In this document: piece after piece, positions 23,636 through 35,600 of the stretch
Position numbering within the stretch: the first letter of the stretch is position 1
How the letters are laid out: each line of letters begins with the position of its first letter
From: Raillietiella orientalis
Taxonomy: Eukaryota
Direction: 5' to 3'
Length of the DNA: 64,000 bases
Assembly: GCA_036172245.1 (NCBI GenBank)
Contig: JAYWIR010000096.1
Span: 124,001-188,000 of the forward strand
Position numbers and translations under genes: made by a program
The notes under the pieces: model-generated
What the model saw: the letters and a program-made list of their open reading frames with translations, nothing else
Databases searched by the model: none
What the model was told of the DNA's origin: nothing

Positions 23636-26600
23636 TTTTCACCCAGTCACGCCAAAGCGTTTATTCCTAAACACTTTGTTTTCGCAGAACGAGGCCCCGC
23701 TACGGCCAATACTTCTTCGGACATGTCAGAAAGCAGGCTCGCAGGCAGGCTTGACTCTCCTCGGCAGCGGAGGGGGTAGGAGGTAAAAACGAAAAGGAAA
23801 ATAAAAGAAATAAACGAAAAGAAACTATTTGGAGGGCCGGGAAGGGATCACAGCCCGCTGGAGGAAGAGATCATCCTTTCGAGGATGTACTCGAGGTCCC
23901 TCTTAATTGTTCCCAGATGGGAACAGCCGATCGTGATTCGCAGGTATCGACCAGCGTGTACGATGGGATCCCTGTCGCTGCTTCCTCTGTTGGCTGCGCT
24001 CAAGGCGGCCACAATCCCTTGGAGGCAGCAAAGTGCTGCCAGGGCTGAGGCTGGTGTCAGGGCGTGTCGCACGAAGAGGAGTCTTATAACATCTCTGGGG
24101 GGTGCCGTGGCCAGTGGGGTCGTCTCCGCCCAAGTGCTTCTGGCGGGACACACGATCATGTTCCGCAGCGTGCAGCGGGTGTAGATGCCGGTACGCAGGC
24201 CGTTGCAGGATTGTTCACTGATATTGTTCATCTTTGCCCACGTTCCAACTGTTGCTTCCAGACATGCGCTGGAGTTAGCGAGGCTGCTGGTCATCCACGC
24301 GTTCTCCTTTGCCAGGGTGGCCATGCGTCCCAGGAGAAGTCCGTATCTTCTTTTTTTCCGTCCGGGGCACAGAAGAAAAAACGCGAGTCCTTTAGTCCCG
24401 GACACACGTCTGGCAAAAAGGCTGGCCGGTACGCACCACGGGGTGTTCCACATTTTCGCTGCGATGGCTAGAGTACGCCACCGCAGCTGTGTTTATAATC
24501 GCTCCATGGTCAGTACGCTGAGACCTCCGTCCCTACGTGGAGCGCACAAGTCTTTTAGAGGCACACAAAGCCTCCCGCCTTCCCACAGGGCGATACGTAG
24601 GAGGTCCTTCGTTCTTTTTCTTAATTCACGGGGTACGGGGCAAACAAAAAGTAGGAGGCGAAAAAGAAAGGCTGCGAACGCGTTCCACACCGCGTACCGT
24701 TCCGGCAAGTAAAACTTGCCGTCCAGGAACGGGCGGATCTCTGACTCCACTTTCTGAAGACGGCCTGACCATGCTTCTGACGGGCAGAAGTCTCCCAGCG
24801 GAACGCCAAGGTACTCCAGATGTGTGTCAGTCGGGATCACCAGGCGGATACAGTCAGGCCGTCCGACCTACGTCGCTCCAACTGTCACCATCGACGATTT
24901 TGCCCTGTTGACCCGTAACCCTGTCCCATGGCTTAGCAGGTCCAATAAATATTTTACTGCCGTTGCAGGGGCGGACATTAAGAGCAGTAGCAGGAGATCT
25001 TCGCCATATGCGGACACGGCAGGCGTGCCGGGGCACGAGCTTGGCAAGGCAGCTTAATTCATCCTGTATGCTCTCAGCCCCAACTCAAAATAGGTGCTAA
25101 AGAGCAGGGGACTGAGGCTATCGCCCTGCCGAATCCCGCAGCGCACTGGCACGCTGTACACGTTCTGACTTCTGGAAGAGATATTTATTAACGCGGCTTG
25201 CCAGCAGGAGCGCAGGTACGCCGTTAATGTAGGAGGGAAACCCATGCGATGCAGAAGCTCCAGAAGGAGCTTCTGGTCCACGCATTCGAACGCTTTATGA
25301 AGATCAACTACGATCGCTAGGGTACTCTTACCCGCCCGGCTTTCCGCACTCTGACTGGCGCTCACCCTTAAATTCGGGTAGCCGAGAGATCCTTTGCGTT
25401 CCGTACTTTCTTGTTTAGCATGAAACCATGTGCTGGCGAAGAACAGGTTAGCCTGCATACTTCGCCTGGAAACAGCGTATGTCTGCTCCGGGCTAATTAC
25501 GGATTCGGCTACCTGTCCGAGCCGCGCAGCCCACAGTTTCGCCACCAACTTCACGTCCGTATTCACGACAGTAATCGGACGCCAGTTGGTTAGCTTACGG
25601 AGGTTTCCTCCCTTAAGAAGGAGCCTCATCCTAGCTGACCGGAACGAGGCGGGAAGATCGCCTTCTTCCCGGATCAGCTGTGTCAATCTGTGAACTAAAG
25701 GGGTTAACTCTGCCGCGAAGCCTTGAAAAAACTCCGCAAGCAGGCCGTCCTCCCCTGGTGCCTTCCTCCTCTTGAGCCCTTTCATCGTGGTGACGATTTC
25801 ACCGGTTGTAAAAGGCTCGTCGAGGCTTTCTTTCTTTTCCCCTTCTATGACCGGGGCTCCTTCAGGATGCAACAGTCGCGAAGCGTCCTGCTCGAGAGGC
25901 GCCCTGGCTTACAGGGAGGAATAAAATTTTTTCACCATGTGTCGAATTGCTGACGGGGCCGAGTGTTCGCGGTCCTGGTCGTCCAGAAGGGTGGACGGCC
26001 CGGACTTCCAAGCTTGGCGCTCAGCCCTGGCTCGGTAGTCGTCCAGGCGACGGACGTTGGGGGTTCTCGCGTAACGACGTGCGCATAGATAAGCTTTTTC
26101 GTTGCGAGTTCCTTCCTCTAACCCAGAGTATAGGCGCCCCAGGGGAAACTCCTCACGGAACTCGTGGACCGAACGCTTGAAAACGTCCCAATCCTCGAGA
26201 TTCCAGAAGGTGACGCCTCTCAGGAATTGGCGGAGATGATCCGCCGCACTAAGAGCCTCGTCCAATCCCCCGGTAGACGCCACGCCCTGAATGGAGGTCT
26301 TTTATTGCGTGGCCAGACATCGAACATCAGACGGAAATGGTCGGACAGCGTCGACAGGAGCCTTCCTCGTATACCGAGACGAGTACACATGTCGTGGTCG
26401 AGGATAACGTGGTCGATGCTCTTCTCCATTTCCGGGTGTCCCTCCATCAAGTTGCGCGCGCGTTTGGCGGAGCACAACTCGATCGGCACGTTCTTTTGCG
26501 TGCAGCACGCACCTGAGAGCAGGCGGAGGTTAAAGTTTCCGGCTATCAGGTGGGCCTTGCGCACTCCTGCATCCGTCAGCCAGACGCGCTTCAGATACAA

Positions 26601-28885
26601 GAAGAACTGAGTTCTTTCTGCGTATCCTTTGCTGTCGCTTGGAGCATACACGTTGGTAACGATGAGATCGATCGTGTCAGACCAGCATAGAGTCATCTGT
26701 CCAGCACGACCGTTGTCATCGAAGCGTACGTTCCTCACGGAGGCGTCGATGGCTGGCTTCAGGAAGAACGCGACACCGCAGGTGTTGCGGTCGCCGCATC
26801 ACCAATACAACCGTCCCCCTGCGATCCTCTCGATCTCCTCGACGTCTCTTGCAGTGATCACATGGATCTCCTGCAGAAGCGCCAGGTCGAATTCTCGCAG
26901 GGTGTCGGCTCTATCTCGCCTGTTGCCGTCGTCGCGCAGCCCGTTGACATTCCAACAGACCACGCGGATCCTTCGGCGACAGACGAGCCCAGGGGTTATT
27001 CCTGCGAACGTGACAGTGCAAGTCCCGCCACCTTATAGGGCGGGACGGATGGAGGAGTGGGTGCATAGCGTATAAGTTTTTCCTCCTCCATCGAGGCCGA
27101 TTCGGATACAGGCCACATCGCGGTGGGCAGGCAGGTATCTCCTACCAGCGCTTCCTACTCCATGAGGTCCAATTCGCCGGCTGGGACGGTCGGTGGAAGT
27201 GGGAGGTTGTCACCTAACTGCTCCCCCTCCTCCGTCGGGGTTGACAGCTGCTCGGTCACAGGGAGTGGAATATTAGCTCCCTCCGTTACCGCGCTGTCGG
27301 CTCCCCCCCAGGCTGCCGGTGCGTCCCCATCCTCGTTCTTTGTCGGGAGTCGCTTCCTAGGATTCTTGGACTTGCGTCCCGTCTTCTTTGGAGGCGCCCT
27401 CGCGGAGGAGCACGCACTACCGGCATGCGGATCAGTATCACCTTCTTCAGGTGCCTTCACCGCGGCCTGCCTTCTCAAGGCATTTCGCGCGGGGATCTTG
27501 TGGTCGACGAGTGCAGCCTTGAGCTCTTCCGCCGCCTGCTCGAAGGCGGCGTCCTTGATTACAGACAGCGCGTCGTGAGACTCCACTGTTGTCAGAGAGG
27601 GTTCTCCTTCGGTGATCGCGGCTTCCACGCAAACGAGGTGGGGGATATCTCACCGGTGGAGACCTCTAAGGCCTCCACGCGCTCCAAAGTGACCGAGCTT
27701 TCGCGAAGTAGTGCGCAGCGCTCTCTCCTATTCAGAGGTTTCGTCGCTGGCTCCGCTTTCGTGGCTACGGTTTTCTTTGGTTTCTTTTGCTTCACCGTCC
27801 TCCAGCCATCCTCATCAACGCCGTCGGGAGTTTCCTCGACCGGTGTTTGCTTAGTCATATCGGGGTCTGGCTTCTAGCTACGCCTTACTGTAGCCTTTTT
27901 GGGCTTCGACGTTTTTTCCGCGCGTATCCCATGAGCTCTTTTCGAAGCAGGGCGAGCCAAAGTTACGCGCTTTGGGCACACTTTCAGGAGGTGGCTCTTT
28001 TCTCCGCACGATAAATACTCGATGTGGGGGCACAGGTGCCCTGTCGCATCGCAGTGTCCACAGAACTTGGGTTTCCTTACGTACCAGATATCGACCTTTT
28101 CGTTGGCGACGTCTAGCTTGTGGGGTAACCCACCGTTCTCATGCACGGTTACACGCGCTGCGGCCATGCCACTAAACAGCCTTCCATAGGACTGTAAGAC
28201 GTTGGGCTTGCTCCAAAGCGCGTGAACCGTGCCGAACTTGCTGAGTTCCTCCTGCACGCCCTTCGTCGACATACGGAGGGTAACTCCCGTGAAATGCGCT
28301 ACTTCGGAGCGGTCCTTAGTTACAGGGAAGAGCTTTCTGTCTTCCAGCGTAATAGGGGTGTTTAGCAGGCGTTGAGCCAGGCTTGCATCCTTACAAGTCA
28401 ACTCCACCCGCTGACCACCGCTTAACACTGAAAGACCTTCCAACTCTTCTTCTTTCACATTAAGCCGCTGCGACTCCCTCTTAAAGTTGCGAGCGGTATT
28501 TCCAACAAAGATATTGCCTACCTTATAGATAAGGGACGGCTTGTACCCTTGTTCTTTATAGGCTGTTTGTTCGGCCATTACATCAGCGGATGGTGCTGCA
28601 TCCACGGCGCTCCAAGTCCTCGTCGTTGGCGAGAATGGCTCCCAGGACACGCTTCCACCCTTTTTCAAGGGAAACAATGCCCTCGCCTCCGTGGAGGAAA
28701 TCGCCCCCACCACCATAAGCTGGGAAGAGACACTAGCCTCTCCGAGTCCAATCTCCATCGCGGTGCTCGCTGGCATTTCTGCCATAAGACACCGACGATG
28801 CGCCACACACTCTATCAAACGGAAAGAAATAAAGGAGACTTCCCAAGCTGAAGCGGTAGGAGTGCAGGAAAAACACGTCCGTACT
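23636..28885 (-). mobile_element. Family D: near full-length decayed copy with both termini (ORF1 ~28785-26996, ORF2 26996-23848, internal deletion near 24090)
   Basis: 5' AGTACGGACGTG at 28885; APE, DLHKAFE, RQGD; TGATCCCTTCCC at 23850; AATAAA 23665-23660; TGAAAA tail. Confidence 0.88.
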
Positions 28886-29082
28886 ATTCGACGAGGAAGG
28901 TCGAGTTGGGCAACTTGTTCTCAAGTGGTCCGACTCGATCGACCTCGTGGTGACGTACGTATACGCGCCCTGTAGCAACCACAAACGCGGAGAACGCACT
29001 TCGTTCTTCAAAGCCCTGAGGAGAGACTGGTTGGCCGAAGCAGGCGTGAGGCGGACGCATCTGATAGCGGGAGACTTCAACC
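28886..29082 (+). mobile_element. APE fragment (FDEEGRVGQLVLKW...LIAGDFN)
   Basis: Translation matches the APE of the other copies and stops at GDFN. Confidence 0.85.
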
Positions 29083-30020
29083 GTCCCCTGTTTTTTGTTT
29101 TCGACACCCCCTATGCGGCGAAACAGCGGGCTAAAAGCCAGCTCAGGAAGGCTCTCTGGGGTCAGGCGAGATCCAGGATCCGTTTTAAAGATTTGGTTGC
29201 TCCGCGTCGGGATGCTGGTGTGGGTACCCTGACAATGGAGCAAATCGGACTGCAGGTGTAGCTCCAACTGCTGGCACTGTGTGCCCAGCTATGGACATCC
29301 CCCCCGTGTGTGCCAGCACGCATTCTCCTGCGAAGATGCACCGGTAGCGGAGGATTTCTCTCGCTTTTGCCGGGCACCCAATACAGGAAGCGGGGTTTCG
29401 GGTTTCCATTGCGGCAGTTGACCGCCCTTCTGGAAACTCACTCGAGGATCTCCCGCCGCCCAATAAACTTTGAAGCTTAGCGGCAGGAGTCTGTTGAATC
29501 CTGGGCGGCGTTCCAAGGAATACGCCCTGAAGATCTTCGTCCCCTGCGCCAATTTTTTCCACGATCCTTGGAAGAAGTACTGCAGGACGAGGTGAAGTTT
29601 TCTACCCTCACTGCCACGCCTCTTGCCGCAGCGCTGTATGCCCTGGGGGGAAGAAACGACAATTGCCAACCGGCGAGGTGGGAGGTTTCCTGCACGATAG
29701 AGGAAAAAACCAAACTCTTTGGCGCCTGGAAGACGAGTAAGTTGGCGGACGCCGCCACTCCTCGTGTAACTGCAAAGGGACCCCTCCGGTGGGCAAAAGA
29801 ACTTTGTGTCACCCCCTTCGAACTTGTAGTCTTTCCACAGTGTGTCGACAGTTCGCTGCTTTCCCTTGCTTGGAAACAAGCCATGCTGCTTTTCGTTCAC
29901 TGTGGTTTTCAGTGCAACGAGCGTTGGCATCGTCACTCCAGGGGACTTGCGTCTGCGAACTGCGTTCGGTGCGGATCGACGGAGTCGATTTCGCACCTAC
30001 TTCTGGACTGCATTGGGGCA
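29083..30020 (+). mobile_element. B/C-clade ORF2 C-terminal fragment starting directly after the host GDFN
   Basis: RPLFFV...KDLVAPRRDAG; CVRCGSTESISHLLLDC. Confidence 0.8.
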
Positions 30021-30147
30021 ATGAGGTCATCGCCCCCGGATCCCCACCGGTGGTGATATCAGGCATTGCTGCCTAATCCTCCACCCACACCACGCACAAG
30101 CGCCAACGGAAATGAAACTCAGGAGCAAGGAAAAGACACGTCCGCTC
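30021..30147 (-). mobile_element. Family H 5' end remnant (5' UTR plus MPDITT)
   Basis: Closely matches 61299-61425; begins GAGCGGACGTG. Confidence 0.85.
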
Positions 30148-32676
30148 CACGCTCCGGAATCTCCAGGACTGGTACCTTTTCAAGGAATCGGTCCGCGAGA
30201 TCTGTGAGCAGTTCCCCCTGGATCGCCTGCCCTCCGGATTCGGCGAGAGTGCTCGCAACCGTCGGGCCTATTTACAGGCTCGTAGGTACGAGAGAACCCC
30301 TATTGCCTCTCGCCTTGCCGAGTACCGAGCCGGGGCCGAACGCCAAGCCTGGCAATCTGGGTCGGCCATCTTGCTGGACGACCAGGGCCGGAAATGTTCG
30401 TTCCCGGCGTCGGTACGGCATCTCGTGCGGAGTTTTTATTCCTTCCTTTACGCCAGGGAGCATCCGGATCGAAACGCTTCTCGGCGCTTGCTTCCGGATG
30501 GCGCCCCGGCAATAGGGGAGGAGGAGATGGACAGCCTCGACGAGCCTTTTAGCACCGGCGAAATTCTCGCCGGTATCAAAAGGCTCAAGAGACGTAAAGC
30601 TCCAGGGGAAGACGGCTTGCACGCGGAGTTCTTTCAGAGCTTCGCGGAAGAGCTGGCACCCCTGTTGCTTAAGTTGATCAAGCTGATCCGAGACGAAGGC
30701 GATGTTCCCGCCTCGTTTCGGTCAGCCATAGTGAGGCTCCTTCCGAAAGGGGAGACCTCAGGAATTTAAAGAACTGGCGTCCGATGACGATCGTGAATAC
30801 GGACACCAAGTTGATGGCAGGCCTATGGGCTTCGCGTCCACCCCGGCGTCGGCGCTCGAAGATTTCTTTGAGTTGCTGCGCCGGAGGACGGGCCTCGAGG
30901 TGAACAGAGAGAAATCTTCCATCGTTCCAACATCACCACTACTTTTAAACAATACGGCGTGTGCCGGACGGCTGTTCTGGATCCGCTTGGGGATCCCCAC
31001 GGGCAGGTGCTTCAAGTACCTTGACGTTCCGTTGGGGGACTTCTGCTCTGCAGAAGCCTGGTCCGACCGTCTCCAAAAGGTGGAGTTGGCGATCGGCTTG
31101 TTCCGGAACGGCAAGTTTTACTTGCAGGAGCGGGTCGCGGTGTGGAACGCGTTCGAGGCCCCCCTCCTTCGCCCCTTACTTTTTGTTTGTTCCGCCTTTC
31201 CCATCATACAGAGACGGACCAAAGCCCTCTTGAGGACTGCCCTTTGGGGCACAGCAAGGTCGCGAGTCAGATTGAAAGACTTGTGCGCTCCACGCAGGGA
31301 TGGTGGCTTGGGCCTCCTTACGTTTGAGCGCATCCAACTACAAACAACACTTCGGAAGTTAGCCCTTGCGGCTAGCTTATGGATGACGCCATGGTGCGAT
31401 TCGGTACGACTCCTCGCCAGAAGAGCGACCGGCTGCGATGGATTGTCCTCGATCCTCGTGGCCTACCAGAGCAGCATCTCCAACTGTGGCCCGATTGCGC
31501 CAGATGGTCGCCCTGATGAGGGAGAATACCTGGATCTCCTGCCTACCCGCGAAGTGCACTGCCTGGCTTCAGGAGTCAGCTTCCGCGTGGGTTAAGATCA
31601 ACGGCACGAGCAAGGCAAAATACAACTGCCTACGACGAGGACCGTACGCTCGACAGCGGCTGCAGGAGATTTTCAACACGCTTCGGAAGTTTCTGTGGGC
31701 TTCTTTCAGTCCTCTTGCCCCCGTTCTGTCCTCCCTGAAGAACACTAGGAGCAGCAACGAGCTGGCATCGTGGGAAGTGTTCTGCCTCATCCGAGGCAAA
31801 AAAAAACCTTTAAAGGCGTGGACGACTCGGGAGCTCACGGACGCTGCTACCCCGAGCGTCCCGCCTCACGTTCTTGCGCGCTGGGGAGAGCTGCTCGCAA
31901 TACCTTCGGAGGAGGTGAAGCGGCCCCCTGCGTGTTGGGATTGCGGCACACTTCCGTTGAAGTGGCGGGAGACGGCGTTGCTATTTCTACACTGGGGACT
32001 GTTAAGCAGAACACGCATGTCTCACTGGACACTGGGGAATGTGGATGCCCGCTGTGTCGAATGCGGAGAAAGAGAAACCTTCCCGCATCTCACCCTCGAC
32101 TGTGTCGAGCTGGATGGACTCTGGATTCGAATCGCCCCAATCCTCCATTTTCCAATAGGCAACCCTAAGGAAATTTACCGTCGCCTTTTTCTGCGTGACG
32201 GCCTGCGCCCCGCTGCGTCTCTAGCAGTCCTCAGCTGAGTGCGCGGCATTGTGCAAAGGTGGCACGCAAGATGAAGAGGCCCAAGATGCAGGGACGCCAT
32301 CCACTGGACGACGATCTCTTTAGAAACGGCGACAAGGTGGCGTCTACCTTTCACAATTAAAACCGAACTTGACGGCATCCTCAACAGGTTGCGGAGGACC
32401 GACCCAGGCGCCCAGTGATCCCTTCCCTGCCTACTTCTCTCCCCTTACAACTGTTTTTCTCCCCGTTATCCCTCTTTTTGTTTGTTTTTGTTCTAGTTTT
32501 CCCTTCCCATGCGCCTCGGGAAAGGACCTAACCGGTCTATGAACCGGCAACCGACACGTCGAGCAAGGTGGGAGAACCTAGTGCTTCCCCACAGAAAACA
32601 TCTTTTTTAAAGACTTCATTATCTAATTTTTGTAAAAAATTAGAATAATAAATACCCGGCATATCCGGGTGACAAA
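30148..32676 (+). mobile_element. Family F (E-related) ORF2 3' portion, RT core deleted near 30835, intact 3' end
   Basis: Jumps from LMAGLWA to STPASALEDFF (no KAFD/RQGD/YADD); CVECGERETFPHLTLDC; stop 32416-32418; AATAAA 32647; hairpin 32655-32669. Confidence 0.87.
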
Positions 32677-35600
32677 CGTCGGCTGGAGCAGAGCATTCGC
32701 GGTCCTGGTCGTCGAGCAGAACTGTCGCCCCTGACTGCCAGACCTGGCGCTCGGCTTTGGCCTTGTACTCGGATAATCGACCAACGTTTGCACGCCTGGA
32801 AAAGGTGCGGACCTGCAGAAAATCTCTGCTGTTGCCTACGCCCTCTCCGGAGCCGCGCGGAAGCTGGTGCAAAGGAAACCGGCAGCAGAACTCGCGGACC
32901 GATCTTTTCAGATCGTGCCGCGAGTTCTGCTGCCGTTTAGAGGTTTAGAGGGTCCTCGAGTAAGAGCGGACGGGTTTTTGTTTCGCTCTTGAGCGTTAGT
33001 GGTTTTATTTTTTCTTTTTTTTCTTGGTGTGCCAGTTAATTCGGTGGTGGTTAGGCAGCAATGCCTGCAACCATCACCAATGTTAAGGACGGGGCGACGT
33101 CCATGTCGCCTTCTGAATCAATAAATGTGGGGACAACCGTCTCCACAGAAGCCACTCCCTCGCTAGGGAGAAGCTGGAGTTCCGTGGTTGTGGCGCCAAC
33201 GCAAGCGGCTGCGGCTGAGTTAAAAGCCTACCTGGAGGAGGGGTACAATCCCCTCTACTCTGCAAGGTAGGCAACCTTTACTCCTTTGAGAGTGCACGCG
33301 CTTTCTCAAAAGCGATGCACTCCCTCAAAGTACCACAGAAGGAGCTCATGGCGATGACCATCATGAGTGGTGGACAGTACGTTGAGGTGATTTGCAAAGA
33401 ACCAAGTCTTGCCCAGCGTCTGCTCCGTACACCTGTTCCTTTAGGGAATCGCCGGCTCCTCCTCATCACGGAGGATAAATCTATCGTGATCAACCTCCTC
33501 GGAATCACCTTCCGGATGGCCGAAGAGGCTGTCCGAAAGGAACTAGTTAAATTTGGAACTGTTCACGCGTTGTGAAAAAGGCCGACTCCGTTTTGGAAGT
33601 ACGATCTCCTCAATTGCGTTATTGCTTTCGCGCGCATCACTGTCCGCTAGTGTTGTACCCTACGAAAAAAGGTGGAGGTCAACGGCGAACCCGTTGACAT
33701 CTGGTATGTTGGTAAGCCGCAATTCTGAGGGCATTGCAGCACTTCAGGGAACCTGAAAAAAGGTGCCCCCAATTGCAGTGCAAGCAAAGCAAGCAACCCG
33801 AGCACACTCTTCCAGTGTGCCTGCAAGATGAAGTCCGCGTCGCGTCCGCACGGAATGACAAGAAGCGCGCGGCGAGAAAAACACGAGTTCAGGCAGCCCA
33901 AGAGAGAGAAGCCGCTAGAAAAACAACTATCGTGTCCCAGTTGAAGGTCAGCTTCGAGATCTCGGAAAACTCGGACAAGATCGAGGAGAACAGCCAGGAT
34001 CCTGGATGGCAGGTAGTAAAATCCAAGAGGCAGAAAAGCCTCAAGGAGGTAAGAAAAAATGTCGCGAAACGTAGCGAGAATTTGCCGCGTCGCGAAAATA
34101 TCAAACGCTGCTCTGTCGTCATCAAGCGCATTCCTGCGGTCGAACAGAGCGGCTAAATAGCACACGTCGCTGCCGACATTCAGCCCTCCGGCAAATTCAT
34201 GCCGGAGGCTATCGACTTGGCGGTGGCGTCCGTCGTCGAACGCATGCTCGACGATGTCGCCTTTGAGCGGGCGGCGGAGAAGCTCGCTGCATCCTTGCAG
34301 CGTCCCCTTAAATCCGCGGAAAAGGCCTTATGGCGTCCGACCTCGATCAAGAAGTCGGAGATTCCGAACTCTGACGCAGAGGCGGAAAACAGCCTGCGGC
34401 ATCGCGGTCTCCCGACCAAAGGCCAATTGCACGAAAGAGGCTACCCGCAAAATTCTCCACTCCGTGGAAAAGGAAGAGATAATTGAGGAAAGCGAGCGTG
34501 CCAATAAAGTGGGGAACTCCGGGGACTATCCTCGAGAGGTAACCTCACCCTGCAACTTCGGAGGGAGGGAAAGGGTAGAGTCTGTGCCCCAGGTGCTTCA
34601 AGTGCCTGAGACGGCCGCGGTCGCCTTACTCGTCCCTCCCACCTGTCCGTTGACAGGTGCTGCAACGGCACGTTCCCAGCCTTAATGCCGGGAATCGCCT
34701 CTGGCCTCGGTGTGTGAATTGCCTGTTGGAACGTCAACGGGCTAAGCGACGACGGCAAGAGACAAGACGTGGCCTCTACCCTGGCATCGTTCGACCTGGT
34801 GCTGCTGCAAGAGATCCACGTGATCTCCGCAGATCAAGCAACGGAGATCGAGCGTAACTCCGGTGGACGGCTGCTGTGGCGTTGCGGCACCGTTAAATCT
34901 TAGGATGTCGCGTTCCTGCTTCGTCCAGCTGTCGATCTTGCGGCAAAGGGCGTACGGTTCGATTGTGCCGGTTGCGTCGGGCAGTTGACCATCATTTGGT
35001 CCGACTCCATCGATCTGGTCATTACCAACGTGTACGCCCAAAGCGGCAGCGACGCGCTAAGGGCAAAGGCAAGGAGAGATTTCTTTCTTACCCTGAGGCG
35101 CGAATATCTGGACGAAGCGGGTGTGCGCAAGGTGCACCTAATCGCAGGTGACTTTAACCTGCGCCTGCTGTCAGGTGCGTCCGACACACTTCTGGACCGC
35201 GTGAACGAGCTGTGCGCAGAGATGCACACGCGGCACTTGTTCGCGGGAGATTCGGAAATAACCGACAGCATAGATCACGTGTTTCTCGACCTGCACTTAT
35301 GCTTACGCGTGGGCAGGCGCAACAAGTTACCTTCGGAACTGTCGGACCATGACCGGATCATACTCAAGCTGCGCTCACGCGATAGGAGCCCGCCGTCATC
35401 TGCGTGGCGCTTACCGGGGGACTGGCTGAAACTTTCGGAAGCCGCAAAGCATCTCCGCGGATTCACATGAGGTTCCAGTTTGCAGACGCTTCAGGACTGG
35501 AACCGCTTCAAGCGCTCGGTCCGGAATTTTTGCGACGAATTCCCTATGAACCTTCTGCCTCCTAAGTTCGGTGAAAGCTTGCGTAACGAGAGATGGTATT

